Below, in pieces: positions 43,748 through 55,125 of a stretch of 64,000 nt of DNA. Below the pieces are notes generated by a model, which was not told where the DNA came from, made no database searches, and saw nothing but the letters and a program-made list of their open reading frames with translations. Position numbers and translations under genes: made by a program. Within the stretch, counting starts at the first letter, position 1; each line of letters begins with the position of its first letter. The DNA comes from Mayamaea pseudoterrestris. Lineage: Eukaryota. The stretch spans positions 124,001 to 188,000 of the forward strand of contig BROI01000001.1 of NCBI GenBank assembly GCA_027923505.1, given 5' to 3'.

Positions 43748-46522
43748 ATGACGACGAGCAAGCGACAAAAACACGCTCAGCGATATGCTAGCTGGTTATG
43801 CTGCTGTCTATGGATCGCATTGTTTCTACTGCAGCAGAACGTCATTGTCGACTCGGCCGCGTCATTCAGAAAGGCGGCGAGCAGCACCACAGCATCACTT
43901 CCAACCCGCGTCTCTGGCTACGGCGCCAAGCATACGCGCCAAAAACGACACGAATATCTTAATAATGGTGACGAAAGTATTCATAGCAGCAAGCGTGGGA
44001 TTCGATTGCGTCGCTTGCCAGACGAAAGTCTCATGGTTTGCGACACGTGGCGCAACGAAACGGTTTGCGTTTCGAGTCGCGGCATGAGCGTGAGCGACGA
44101 AGCAATCAACGAGACGACAGACGAACATGAGGAAGATTTAGAAGTGGAAGGCTTGTTTGGTGTGTATTCGCTTCCTTCAGCTCGACTCTGGGTTTGGATT
44201 GCCGAGACGCAAGTCGTCTATGAAGCTCCAGGAATTGCAGTGAGCGATCATCAAGGCAACAATACACAAGCAACGGCGTGCTCTTGGTGGAACGTTTGCA
44301 AAGTGAAACGACTAGAGATTGTCCGAGTCCCCTACCAAGACAATGGTAGGAGCCAGGAGTCTTTATTACGCAAACAAAGGCAGGAGGAGCAACGACAAAT
44401 TGCGCTCCTTCGACAAGCACTCAAGCAGCATGACTGGTACTATTCATCCTCATCGTCGGCTGTTGTTCCGGACATGATCCACAATCTACAAGTTTCCATT
44501 ACGCGCTACATGAACAAGACGAGGCATGCCCGCAATGTCACCGAAGAAGAGAGCGGCGACATTATCAGGGACCAGGTCGACTCGCGCTTTTTCTGGAACC
44601 AAGCCTTGACAGAATTCCTTCAAAACGATGAAGCTGACAACAATGATAACATGACTGCCGCCGCGGCTCGCTACCTAAATGACCTTGTCATTCCCGTGAC
44701 ATCTGCATTTGTCGGTATACAAACGGATTTGCAGCCATATACAGACGTCTACACATCCAACAGCGAGAGCAATTTACAGAATTACTCGTACGACTTGCTG
44801 TTAATCACCCGCCGCAGTCGGTTTCGGGCTGGTACTCGATTTACACGTCGCGGAGCCGATGCGACCGGCCACTGTGCCAACTACGCCGAATCGGAGCAGG
44901 TAATTATTATCAAGCAGCAACAGAAGGACGAAAATGAGTCATCATTAGCCGCCATTTGCAGTCATTTGCAGACGCGAGGAAGCATTCCCTTGCGATGGAG
45001 CAGTCCAACTGACATTAAAACCTATCGGCCACGCGTGCGGATCGGCATGGACCCCATGGCGCAGGCACGAGCGCTTCGAGCGCACCTTGTCGAGCAGCTT
45101 TCGCACTACGTCACAGTTCCTCCCATTGTGAATACTGAACCTGCCAATGGCACTGCAACAGCTATTGTTCATTGCGAGCAGCCCTTGCTGCTTTTCGTAA
45201 ATCTCATTGACAAAAAGAGCGATCAAGGAAGGTTGGGTCGAGCCTTTGACTCTGTCTTGACGGCTGTCTTGAGTGTTTATGCCGCAAACGGATCCTCGCC
45301 AAGCTTGTCATCAACAACGACTATGGATCCAGTTCTTGCTGGTTTATTGAACCCTTCATGCATTCAACACATTTGGTTTGACTTTCACGCCGAACTCAAG
45401 CGAGGACGATGGGACAAGCTTGGCAACTTGTTGAGTGCAGTCAAGCCGCCATTAATGGCACAAGGATATTTTCGAGCCGTTCCAACGATGCTGAAGAATA
45501 ATACAATGTGCATGAGCAATGACACTGCAGCCCCCGTCTCATTCGCGGTGGATCGTCTGCAGACTGGCATTGTGCGAACCAACTGCATGGACTGTCTCGA
45601 CCGCACCAATGTTGTCCAGAGTGTTTTTGGCCGATGCATGGCATTCACGCAACTAGCCGACTACAAACCTCTAAGCATGCCAGTCGCAACGAAAACTGCC
45701 TTTCGAAGGCACTCTCTTGCTTTGCCTTGGATGGCTGGTGAAATCGCGCATCGCATGGTTTGGGCCGACAATGCCGACGCCGTGTCGAGTTTGTACGCTG
45801 GGACGCCTGCGTTAAAGGGCGACTTTACAAGGACGGGACGTCGTACCAAAATGGGAGCACTAGATGACGGAATGAACTCGCTGCAGCGCTTTTACTTGAA
45901 TAACTTTTTTGACGCCTATCGGCAGGAAGGAATGGACCTGTTGACGGGTGTTCAACCGTTTTCATCGTCGGCCTCTGATGTTTCATCCCCTGTATCAACG
46001 CGATCAAACTTTGCCTATAAGGGCATGAGTATTCAGCAGGCAGCACGGCATGCATTGCTGGGCAATTGGAACGACTTGATGGACGATGATCGGGATCATG
46101 TTCGCATTAAGGTTAATGCTGCTGATTCGTCTAGTGGCTTGAGGATGAAGGGACACGGCATGCTCAACTTACGCTGGCTACCAGGCGATTTGCAGACCCA
46201 AGTGAGAAGCGCCGCCATGGAGGATCCGATGTATTTCAATGAACCTGACATGTCCGCGGAGAAAGCCTTGGAAAGAATGGATCACCGAGCATCCAGTCAT
46301 CTTCCCTGGTGGTACACTGCCGAGTCCTCTACGTCCGAAGGAGAATCCTCGAGATCATTTACACAAAGAAGAGTCAAGAATGGCGACGACTTGGCAACAA
46401 GAGGTAACCATGCCGGATACTTGCTTGTTGGATTGGTCGCTGGAACGCAGGCGCCAATGACAACTGTCAGCGCCATCTTGGCATTAATGACCGTGGCAGT
46501 TTTTAGTCGAGACGTGCCATGA
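43748..46522 (+). CDS. SAC1: SAC1-family phosphoinositide phosphatase
   Basis: RFFWN, RRSRFRAGTRF.RRG, RGSIP, catalytic RTNCMDCLDRTN and YAGT.ALKGDFTRTG. Confidence 0.9.
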   Translation: MTTSKRQKHAQRYASWLCCCLWIALFLLQQNVIVDSAASFRKAASSTTASLPTRVSGYGAKHTRQKRHEYLNNGDESIHSSKRGIRLRRLPDESLMVCDTWRNETVCVSSRGMSVSDEAINETTDEHEEDLEVEGLFGVYSLPSARLWVWIAETQVVYEAPGIAVSDHQGNNTQATACSWWNVCKVKRLEIVRVPYQDNGRSQESLLRKQRQEEQRQIALLRQALKQHDWYYSSSSSAVVPDMIHNLQVSITRYMNKTRHARNVTEEESGDIIRDQVDSRFFWNQALTEFLQNDEADNNDNMTAAAARYLNDLVIPVTSAFVGIQTDLQPYTDVYTSNSESNLQNYSYDLLLITRRSRFRAGTRFTRRGADATGHCANYAESEQVIIIKQQQKDENESSLAAICSHLQTRGSIPLRWSSPTDIKTYRPRVRIGMDPMAQARALRAHLVEQLSHYVTVPPIVNTEPANGTATAIVHCEQPLLLFVNLIDKKSDQGRLGRAFDSVLTAVLSVYAANGSSPSLSSTTTMDPVLAGLLNPSCIQHIWFDFHAELKRGRWDKLGNLLSAVKPPLMAQGYFRAVPTMLKNNTMCMSNDTAAPVSFAVDRLQTGIVRTNCMDCLDRTNVVQSVFGRCMAFTQLADYKPLSMPVATKTAFRRHSLALPWMAGEIAHRMVWADNADAVSSLYAGTPALKGDFTRTGRRTKMGALDDGMNSLQRFYLNNFFDAYRQEGMDLLTGVQPFSSSASDVSSPVSTRSNFAYKGMSIQQAARHALLGNWNDLMDDDRDHVRIKVNAADSSSGLRMKGHGMLNLRWLPGDLQTQVRSAAMEDPMYFNEPDMSAEKALERMDHRASSHLPWWYTAESSTSEGESSRSFTQRRVKNGDDLATRGNHAGYLLVGLVAGTQAPMTTVSAILALMTVAVFSRDVP

Positions 46523-47296
46523 TTTTACTAAAATGCATCATATGTTGTTACTGCTTGTCACTGACCGTGAAGCGAAGCTAACTACAACATTGTTGGCAAT
46601 TACTGGAAGTACGTAAATTTCTTCTCTGTTAAGTCTATGTAATTGCTACGTGTCAGAATGCACCAAGATTCCAACACTGAATCAAGCTTAAAAGAAGGTA
46701 TTGTTCCGCTTGCCACTCGGCAAGTTCCTTGTAACGATTCAGCCACCTGGCGTCATTGGCGTTATAGTAAAAGTCCACCTCCTAAAGCTGCGGTATGCGT
46801 CCAAAAGTCATTGTGCTGCAATGGGTCACCCTTTAGGTAAATTTTTATAAGCGCAACGTTGGGTGTGCATCCATCGGCCCAAGAGAGGATGCTAATGAGG
46901 TTTACTGATGCTGTTCCGCTTGATGGTTCGTCGCAGACTCGTTCGGCGGCACCCGCCGTCGCTGCTGCGATGCACTGGCGTAAAAGAAACCTGCATTAGA
47001 TACAATAAGATGCTCGGGGATAATCTACGAGTCCCGCATCGAAATATCGGGTGATTAGGCGAAGAGAGTACGCAAAGCAGCCAGCGAAGCGTCATGGTGG
47101 ATCTGTGCGATGTCAAAAGCGAGCGCGCAGTTGTCGCATCGTTGACGATCTCTGTGTCTGACCGGCAATGGATCTTTCAGCATTGGCGGCGCGGCAATCG
47201 ATCGGACCACGATCACACAACATAATGAGCAAGCAGCCATTGTTCACCCTAGTCTCTCTCCTCTTCTCCCAAATTACCTCCTCACTGTCATTAGCC

Positions 47297-47770
47297 ATGT
47301 CTGCCATCAAGAACAAAAATACCTTCACTTCCGGTTGCTCCAAGACGCCGCCTCTCAGTGCGACCAAGCAAGCGATTCGGGGCGAGAAAGACCAAAATGT
47401 AGCGGCTGCTTGCGCTTTCGCTCGCACCGACGGAGCCATCAAGGCGGAGGCCAATGAAGCGCGCGCCATCCTCGACAAGTACATGGATCCTGCGGGCTAC
47501 GCATTCGCGACCAAGGAAGAGAAGAACGATCGCGTCAATAAGACACTCATTCTCATGAGCAAGGAGATTGACAGCTTGAAAGAAACCATTGCGACCAAGG
47601 ACGATGAAGCTGCCAAGATTGTTGCCGCCAATGATGCCGAGGTCGCCAAGATTGTATCCGCCATGGATGCCTTGATTGCTGTTTTGAAGGAAGCGTTGGA
47701 AAATGCTCAGGCGCAAGATGGCGAAGGGCGCAAGCGCAAGAAGGGTGGCGTCTTGCAGGAGGCAAACTAG
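47297..47770 (+). CDS. Hypothetical coiled-coil protein
   Basis: Ala/Lys/Glu-rich ORF with coding-like codon use; internal repeat DEAAKIVAAN/AEVAKIVSAM; C-terminal RKRKK. Confidence 0.6.
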   Translation: MSAIKNKNTFTSGCSKTPPLSATKQAIRGEKDQNVAAACAFARTDGAIKAEANEARAILDKYMDPAGYAFATKEEKNDRVNKTLILMSKEIDSLKETIATKDDEAAKIVAANDAEVAKIVSAMDALIAVLKEALENAQAQDGEGRKRKKGGVLQEAN

Positions 47771-48571
47771 GAGAATTAGAATGGCTTGGAAGACTAGACG
47801 GTTGAGCGGCCGCGTAAGCGCAGTGTAAATAGATAATGATGAACCCAATATACAATAGTCGATGCGTATAATATTGATCGTACAAAAGTAGCTTAACTAA
47901 AATGCGAGAATTTCGAAGCGTCATGGCCGTGAAGAATTTTATATCACGGCCAAAACAGCAGCTTGTCGACTCGTCAATTGCGGCAATGTATCTGAACGCG
48001 CGTCGACGCACCAAACTCGTAAAAATATACAAGACTTGCGATTGCTGCCCCCTATCAAAGACAGTGACTAATGTAGCTCAACATGCTAGTACGTCAGACC
48101 GCATCCCTTTCACTCCCGCCTGCCGGTAAATGGGATGCGCTCTCAATGCTCGAGCAATCGCAGCATCTAAGTAACGATAGATTATTCAAAAATACATGCT
48201 GGCATTGACTTGGTGAAACATGACTGCTGACGCTGTACGTATCGTGAAGGATCTTCGAGAAGAGTAATATCATTCCTATCGACACAACAGCATTGTTGTC
48301 TTTGAGTGGCTTGATAAACAAGCGCAAACCTTGAAAACCTCCATATACCAGCCATGGATTGAATCAACGACCGACGGCTGGGAGGAATTAATGTGCTTAC
48401 GAGGAAAGTAGCGGCAGAGGTGCCATGGGGAAGAGAACATTCGAGCGATGGCGGGTAGAACGAAACGGATGTCGCAACGCTGCTTCTTCGTCGGAGCGGT
48501 TATGATTAACCTTGCGACGGCGACCATTATTTTTTCCCTTCTCCGTCCATCACCATGAGGACGCGGACGGC

Positions 48572-50110
48572 ATGAAGCGACGCAAAGGGTTCTCTGATGA
48601 TTGCCACGATGAACCAGAGAAGTCAAGTTGTAGCAATGGCGAAAGCCTCGATATGGCCTTGCAAATGCTGCAAGCGACGGAGAATGGGCGACACCTACTT
48701 CTTCATGGAACGAGTCGGCTGCTGTCGCCAACGAATGCTGCTCGACGCACCAACAACGATGTAAACTCCTTGATGGCAGCAGCAATCTGTTTCATGCTCT
48801 TGCTCATGATCAGTTATGATCGCCTTTATTGCAGTCCAGAAATCTATCTGCAGAGTCTTGTCGCTGACTCGCCTTTGAGTGGACATGGTGATTCACCTCA
48901 CCTCCATCAGATCTTTGACGAGTTTCTTCTGGAGCAGACTGATTTTCCATCTCCTTTCAATGTCGCCATTTTCTACAATATTTTCATTCCGATTGACCAA
49001 GGCCGACAAGGTATCGCCCGAGCGTTGAGCATCGTCCAGGAGCAGCTTGATCAAATTGGAACATCATTCGCAAATGATAAGCTCATGTCACAGACAGCAG
49101 CCAGGCCTTCATCACCACCATTGACAATATTTTACTCCACCATTGGACTTTCAGGAGCTGTCACGTCATCATTTATGCACCATGCTTGCACAGTCAAGCA
49201 TGGGATGCGTTGCCTTCCACTCGGTCGCCATCACGCAGATGGCTTTGAGGAGCACACGCTGGAGCCGCTCCACTCGTTTTGTCAGCGGCAGCAACACACG
49301 GCGCACAAGCGTCGAAACGTCAGCAACAGTATAAGCGACGCTCGCTTCAAAGTTATCTATCTGCACTCGAAAGGATCCTTTCATCGCCAGCGCGGCGAAA
49401 ATGACGTTTGGCGCAAGCACTTGACGCGAGCAGCCTTGAGCGAAAAATGTCTCGAATATGGTATATCATCACTATCAAACTCTTGCAACGTTTGCGGACT
49501 CTTGTTTTACCCGCTCTGGACATTCTTCTACCCTGGTAACATGTGGACAGCGGACTGCGAGTACGTGGCCAAGCTGGTTGCTCCATTGACGCATCGTGCC
49601 AGGCTCGAGCAAGCAGTTGCTGCTACTGACTTTTTGAACGAGATCAACTTGTCATTGTCAAACTGGAAAATGACACTGTACGAGACTGGTCCAGGATATC
49701 TTGGTGTCGGCCGATACTCGTCCGAGCACTGGATCGCGAGTCATCCCGACGTGGTTCCTTGCGACTTGTCCAGGACGGCGCGGTTGGAGCACTGGTGGGA
49801 GGAGCACAGCGAGAGGACTGCCAACAAAGAAAGCGTATTTGAAAAGAGCTTGGCGCCTCGGCATGACATACATAGTCCATATTTTCGGCTGAATCATTCG
49901 TTGCTCGACAGCATTGTGACGAATCCATCAAGGGCCGATCGAGAGTATTTTTTGCTGACAGGATTTCTGCATAAATGGCTCACTATTTACAAACAAGTAC
50001 CATCAAGTTATAGCTGGGTTTGGAAATGGTTTCCAAACGGCGCGTACTGGTTGCAAACCTATGAAAAGTACGGCAACGATACGGTGCGCGTATTGCTCGA
50101 GGGAGGATAA
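48572..50110 (+). CDS. Type II membrane protein of an uncharacterised family (possibly glycan-modifying)
   Basis: One N-terminal TM segment; motifs VIYLHSKGS, GNMWTADCEY and RYSSEHWI. Confidence 0.7.
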   Translation: MKRRKGFSDDCHDEPEKSSCSNGESLDMALQMLQATENGRHLLLHGTSRLLSPTNAARRTNNDVNSLMAAAICFMLLLMISYDRLYCSPEIYLQSLVADSPLSGHGDSPHLHQIFDEFLLEQTDFPSPFNVAIFYNIFIPIDQGRQGIARALSIVQEQLDQIGTSFANDKLMSQTAARPSSPPLTIFYSTIGLSGAVTSSFMHHACTVKHGMRCLPLGRHHADGFEEHTLEPLHSFCQRQQHTAHKRRNVSNSISDARFKVIYLHSKGSFHRQRGENDVWRKHLTRAALSEKCLEYGISSLSNSCNVCGLLFYPLWTFFYPGNMWTADCEYVAKLVAPLTHRARLEQAVAATDFLNEINLSLSNWKMTLYETGPGYLGVGRYSSEHWIASHPDVVPCDLSRTARLEHWWEEHSERTANKESVFEKSLAPRHDIHSPYFRLNHSLLDSIVTNPSRADREYFLLTGFLHKWLTIYKQVPSSYSWVWKWFPNGAYWLQTYEKYGNDTVRVLLEGG

Positions 50111-50343
50111 GTCGACGAGAGCAGCTACTTCTTAGTCAGTTGACAAGCAAAAGGCAACCTGCTCGCCTTTTTCTACGCTGCAATATGTTTTGTGTATAAA
50201 GCAGCCGTGGAATATTCATACTAACTAAATTTTGAATAAAGCGATCCAATTATCTGCTATGCCTCGCCCCTTTTTGTTGGATCATTCCAATCTCGGTACG
50301 AGTATACGCCGCTCAGTCCATCACCGTTCTCCTTCATCTCTAT

Positions 50344-51195
50344 TTACTTGTCACCGCCAATGTTCATGAGCAGACCCGTTCCTCCTCCACCTCCATTACT
50401 ATTGGTGGAAGGCAAGTAGGTAATGTTGCGCGACTGAGCCAACTTGGCAGCAATTTCCTTGGCAGCATCAATTCTTCGAACTTCCACAATGGCCGATCCC
50501 GTCTCCTCCATGGCCTTGGTAATGATAATGGCTGCCTCCGCCTCTCCCTCGGCGCGCGTGACGGCCGCCTGTCGCTCCTGCTCGGCCTTTTCCACCACCC
50601 ACTGCTGTCGCTCCGCCTCCTGCTGCGCGACCTGCTTGCTTTCAATGGCCTTGGTGAACTCGCGTCCAAAGGTAAGGTGCGTAATGGCGACGTCGTCGAG
50701 CGTCAGGTGAAAGTGCGCCGCCCGCTTGATCATTTCCGCCTTGATGCGCTCACTGACTTCGGCACGTCGGCTCAAGAGTTCCTCGGCATTGTATTGCGCA
50801 ACGACTGATTTCAAGACTTCGTTTCCAACACTTGGAAGAACTCGCTCGTCAAAGTCAGTTCCAAGTTCTCTATAGAGAGTGGGAAGCTCATCAACGACTG
50901 GTCTCCACAAGACACGCAGCTTGAGATTCACCATTTGCAAGTCCTTGGTTCCCGTCACTGACGGAATTTCCCGCGGCTTGCTGCGGACATCAATAATGAC
51001 GGGTCGCTGAATGACTGGAATCAAAAAGTGCGTTCCTTCGGCCACCACCTTTGGTAATATACCGCCGCGCAGCGAATCAAACATGACGGCGCGTTCCCCG
51101 CCGTCGACATTGTAGAGGCACTGGGACACGCCAAAGGTGGCGGCGGCGAGAGCGCCAGTCGCGCGACCGAGTTTTTGGAGAGCGGCTTCTGCCAT
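50344..51195 (-). CDS. PHB1: Prohibitin
   Basis: YNVDGGERAVMFD, TGTKDLQMVN, ERVLPSVGNEVLK and KQVAQQEAER. Confidence 0.95.
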   Translation of the reverse strand: MAEAALQKLGRATGALAAATFGVSQCLYNVDGGERAVMFDSLRGGILPKVVAEGTHFLIPVIQRPVIIDVRSKPREIPSVTGTKDLQMVNLKLRVLWRPVVDELPTLYRELGTDFDERVLPSVGNEVLKSVVAQYNAEELLSRRAEVSERIKAEMIKRAAHFHLTLDDVAITHLTFGREFTKAIESKQVAQQEAERQQWVVEKAEQERQAAVTRAEGEAEAAIIITKAMEETGSAIVEVRRIDAAKEIAAKLAQSRNITYLPSTNSNGGGGGTGLLMNIGGDK

Positions 51196-51383
51196 TTGTC
51201 TGATGTGATAGTCTGATTGAGTAAAGTATGAAGGAGCAAGTAGAGAGGCTCTTTTTCGTTGCAAGGAACTGAGGATGGTGCGAGAAGACCTTGCGCGGCG
51301 GCGCGGCGTGTGGGTCTCGCAGAAAAGCTCATGACCTATCAGTGACGTCATGGAAGCGGCAGACTATGTCGCAGCGGAACTAA

Positions 51384-53282
51384 ATGGCGACGAAGAAACA
51401 TCGATTGCACATCATCCAATCGACACAATCGACCCAACAAGCAAGCATGGCGGACGATCCATGGGCGGCCTTTGGGTCTGACGAAGAAGATGATGAAGAA
51501 TGTGATAATAGACAAGAGGATGATGGAGCTAATACGGCGACGATGGACGACTCGATGCAGCCGGAAGCATGGCGCAACCTCAGTCAAAGAGTCACGCTTT
51601 TCTTGATGCAGGAGTTTCTCAAAAAGAATTCCAATCTTGGCTTGGATCAACGAAGAGTCTGTATAATGACTGGAAGTATTGATTGTGACTTTCAGAATGT
51701 GCTACTCGATGCGCTGCGGGAGCGAAATATGCAAGTGACTTTGTCGAATTGCGGCGGCAGCGACGAGCTACCAGTGCCATCAATGGACGATCATGCGACG
51801 TCTTCGGTCCCTGCACAGGGAGACAGAAAAGACGCTACATGGTACGACGCCGTCATTGTCGTCTTGTTACCATTGCATTCAAAGGGCAGTAGTTCCAAGG
51901 ACGCAGAACATGAACAAGCCACTTGTGACATGTTCGACGACTACATTGAGCAGCATCTTGTGCCTGGTGGAGTCCACTTGTTGCTAGGAGACGCATCGTT
52001 GACGCCGAGTGTAGCACATCGGATAGGACGTGATGGTATCGAAAGTGACGGCATTTGGAACGACTTGTTGAAGTTTGAATTAAAGGACCAGCATGTTGCT
52101 GCGACCGCTACAAGTGCGACGATGCAAGTCTATGTCAAACGACACGGTCGCATTCAAACAAAATCTTGTCCTTGGCTATCATGGAGCTACGTTTCTGCCA
52201 ACCGAGTTCTTAGTCCAGCACTTTTGAACGAGTATGAGCTTTTGAAGCAGGCCACTGTGCCGCTTGCGGCACATGAGCGAGCGTCGGGTCGATTGACCGA
52301 ACATTCCATCCAGTCAGCCATGACGGCCTTGCAGACGTGCGGCTACTGCATACTGCCGGGTCTATTGGAGTCGCGGCGCCGCGAATGCTTGCAGTGGGGA
52401 CAAGCCGTGTTAGACGACTTGCATGAAGCGGCGGAAATACTTGTCACGCGTGACCAGGTTGACTTGTATCATCCAGCCACCAACGGCAATTCACATGTAG
52501 CCATTAACAACTACAGGGAACTGTCCATGCGAGAAGACTTTCGAATGGATATGCGAGACGGACCACGACTGCAACAGTTACGAAAGCAGCATATAAATGC
52601 TGATGCGGGGTCTAGACTAGTGCGATTTGGACAGAATGCACAAACTTCCAACGCAACGTTTCACGACAATAAAGGTGAATTCTTTCGAGGACACCCAGAT
52701 TTACTTCACATTGTCGGTCGCACCATGAACCCACAAGACGAATCACTCTACCAGGGAAATTTCGGTCGTCACAATTTCAGTGGAAGTGGACCCGATGGAT
52801 CATTCCAGGACTTGCGAGTCGGTCCGATTGGCGGCATTGTCAGTCTACCGGGAGCGGCAGACCAAGCTTTACATGCGGATACGCCACACTTGTTTGAGCA
52901 TTTGCAGTGCTTGCCAGCGCACTATATTAACGCCTTTACGCCAGGCTGCAAAGACAATGAAGCAGTTGGTCAAACGGCGTTTGTCCATGGATCGCACCAA
53001 CTCGACGAGACTGCAAAATACTTTGGAAATAATGACAGCAACATAGCCGCTACAAAGGATGCAGACGTAGCTCATGACGACTTGTGGAAGCAAAAGTTGG
53101 TGAGGCCTTGCCTCATGGTGGGTGATATCGTGCTCTTTGACTGCCGTATTTTGCATTTTGGTCTGGCCAATACATCTAAAAATATTGAGCGGCCACTTTT
53201 ATACACAAACATGGTGATGCATTGGTTCCATGACCCAAAGAACTGGGACAATGAGCGGCCAATCTTTGGAGAGTCGAAATGA
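51384..53282 (+). CDS. PhyH-type Fe(II)/2-oxoglutarate dioxygenase with an N-terminal extension
   Basis: QALHADT (HxD), GSH, GDIVLFDCRILHFG and distal R (ERP). Start is 51384 or 51447. Confidence 0.8.
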   Translation: MATKKHRLHIIQSTQSTQQASMADDPWAAFGSDEEDDEECDNRQEDDGANTATMDDSMQPEAWRNLSQRVTLFLMQEFLKKNSNLGLDQRRVCIMTGSIDCDFQNVLLDALRERNMQVTLSNCGGSDELPVPSMDDHATSSVPAQGDRKDATWYDAVIVVLLPLHSKGSSSKDAEHEQATCDMFDDYIEQHLVPGGVHLLLGDASLTPSVAHRIGRDGIESDGIWNDLLKFELKDQHVAATATSATMQVYVKRHGRIQTKSCPWLSWSYVSANRVLSPALLNEYELLKQATVPLAAHERASGRLTEHSIQSAMTALQTCGYCILPGLLESRRRECLQWGQAVLDDLHEAAEILVTRDQVDLYHPATNGNSHVAINNYRELSMREDFRMDMRDGPRLQQLRKQHINADAGSRLVRFGQNAQTSNATFHDNKGEFFRGHPDLLHIVGRTMNPQDESLYQGNFGRHNFSGSGPDGSFQDLRVGPIGGIVSLPGAADQALHADTPHLFEHLQCLPAHYINAFTPGCKDNEAVGQTAFVHGSHQLDETAKYFGNNDSNIAATKDADVAHDDLWKQKLVRPCLMVGDIVLFDCRILHFGLANTSKNIERPLLYTNMVMHWFHDPKNWDNERPIFGESK

Positions 53283-53463
53283 ACCTTTCGTTGGACAACG
53301 CTAAAAACGTGATTAAACCTGTAATTAACGCCTACCACTAAAGTCGCTAAATACCTTACTACAACTTATTCTCTAAATACGTTTTGGTTGTTACTTCGCT
53401 ACTAGTGGCGGGTGTAAGTACACTGTGAAAATGCCTGCAACTCTTTGCTTTTTTGTCGCATTT

Positions 53464-55125
53464 CTAAATCTTGTCAGGCGTGGTCTTGATTCCGCCAATG
53501 TCCCTTTCAAGCTTTGCGCCACTCTTTAATGCCTCGCCCTTTTCAGTCTTCCGAAGCTTGGGTCCATTCGTTGCCCAAGATGGCTTTTCAAATTCATACT
53601 TTTTCATTTGCGTCGCCGCCGTCGTTGGGAGAGCCAATGTTGCGCCTTGCTTGACCGCTTTTCCCGTTTCCGTCGACCGCAACTTGGTAGGATCTGCCAC
53701 CTTATTTATTTGTTCCTCCTCTCGGTTTTGTGTGGCCATTGTAATTGGCTTGACAATATCCTTGCCGGAGCGTATCATGGAACCTTTTGTGCTTATTTTT
53801 AGATTTCGCGTCGTCAAAAACGGATTGCCCTTTTTGAGCTTGGCCAAGACTGCCTCCTGGTCAATGGATCCGTCAGCGTTAATGAGATGCGACTGGTTCT
53901 TGCCGACACCCTTAAGCGCTGGAAGATTGGTAATTGGAGACGCCAAGTTTTGCCCTTGGCGAAGCGCACTGCCCTTGTCCGTCTCCTTCAGCTTGGGCGC
54001 ACCGCCCGACTCTTGGTCAGCCGCCCATTCTGGCTTTTTCCAAGCATAGACGCGATGCTCTCCGTCAAATGTATCGACACGAACGTATGTCTTTGTGTAT
54101 GACTTTTCGCCCTTTTTCGCCTTGACCTTTTTGGCTTTTGGATTCTTTGGACTTTCGGGGCATGCTTTGAGAATAGACTTGACCGTACCTGCAGTAGAAG
54201 CGACAGATCGGCCACTCGGAGACGCTGGGGCAATGGGCATGGCAAAGCCTTGGATCGGAATGCGATCAACCATGTGAGGCATGGGCTCACTAATTGGCGT
54301 CGTCGGACCTTCTTCGTCGTCATCAATAGTTGGAAGTAAATTTGCACTCGAGGCTGCACCAGTTTGCTCAAAGCCATGTTCGGACGAAAGCAGCGAGAGT
54401 GATGTATCTGATGCTTCAAATTGTGCGGCATCATTCGACGCTGCAGCGGGAGAAACGGGACGAGGCACCGTTGTCTCGCCAGCAGGCTCATCAAGTACTA
54501 GCGGTTGCTCTGGTGGCAGTAGTTCCTCCTCCTCCTCATCGTCTACTTCCATGTCAAGCTCATCCGGATTAAACTTGATAGCAGCCATGCTTTCGTGAAA
54601 GCCTTCCGACACGACAGAGGGCTCCGCAGAAGCATCGTCCGTATCATCCAACGCTTGCAGATTTGGTGCCGCCATGCTATGAATAGGAAGTTGCAAGACT
54701 CGTCCAGTGGCGCCTTGTTCGGCGTCCGAGTCGTAGCTTTCGTCGTCGTACTCATCGTCGTCGACGCTAATATCATCTTCCGTTTCAAAGACGTAAAATA
54801 CTTCACCGTCGACAATTTCCAAGTAAAAGTCTGCATCCCCGTCATCTTCCACAATTTCAATTTCATACGAATCGTCATCTTCATCGTCCGGATACAGCAG
54901 GGCGAAGCGATGTTCAATTTCCTGTACCAAGATTTCCTCCTGCCATTTGATCTTTGTCTTTTTGGCCGACGGCAATATTTCAATGACTGCTTCTGCATCA
55001 AATGGGTCAGGCATTAGAAATGGCTTTGGTTTGGCGAGTGAAACTTCGTAGCGAGGAAATCGAAAGGACACGTCATCGTCGTCGCTATCGGAAGTTGGTG
55101 CTGCTTGCTTTTGTACGTCAATCAT
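53464..55125 (-). CDS. Acidic hypothetical protein with 4 C-terminal copies of the unnamed repeat (family member B)
   Basis: WKKPEW..LKETDKG..LASPIT; LKISTKG..IVKPIT; LRSTETG..; FEKPSW..LRKTEKG..IGGIK. Confidence 0.85.
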   Translation of the reverse strand: MIDVQKQAAPTSDSDDDDVSFRFPRYEVSLAKPKPFLMPDPFDAEAVIEILPSAKKTKIKWQEEILVQEIEHRFALLYPDDEDDDSYEIEIVEDDGDADFYLEIVDGEVFYVFETEDDISVDDDEYDDESYDSDAEQGATGRVLQLPIHSMAAPNLQALDDTDDASAEPSVVSEGFHESMAAIKFNPDELDMEVDDEEEEELLPPEQPLVLDEPAGETTVPRPVSPAAASNDAAQFEASDTSLSLLSSEHGFEQTGAASSANLLPTIDDDEEGPTTPISEPMPHMVDRIPIQGFAMPIAPASPSGRSVASTAGTVKSILKACPESPKNPKAKKVKAKKGEKSYTKTYVRVDTFDGEHRVYAWKKPEWAADQESGGAPKLKETDKGSALRQGQNLASPITNLPALKGVGKNQSHLINADGSIDQEAVLAKLKKGNPFLTTRNLKISTKGSMIRSGKDIVKPITMATQNREEEQINKVADPTKLRSTETGKAVKQGATLALPTTAATQMKKYEFEKPSWATNGPKLRKTEKGEALKSGAKLERDIGGIKTTPDKI

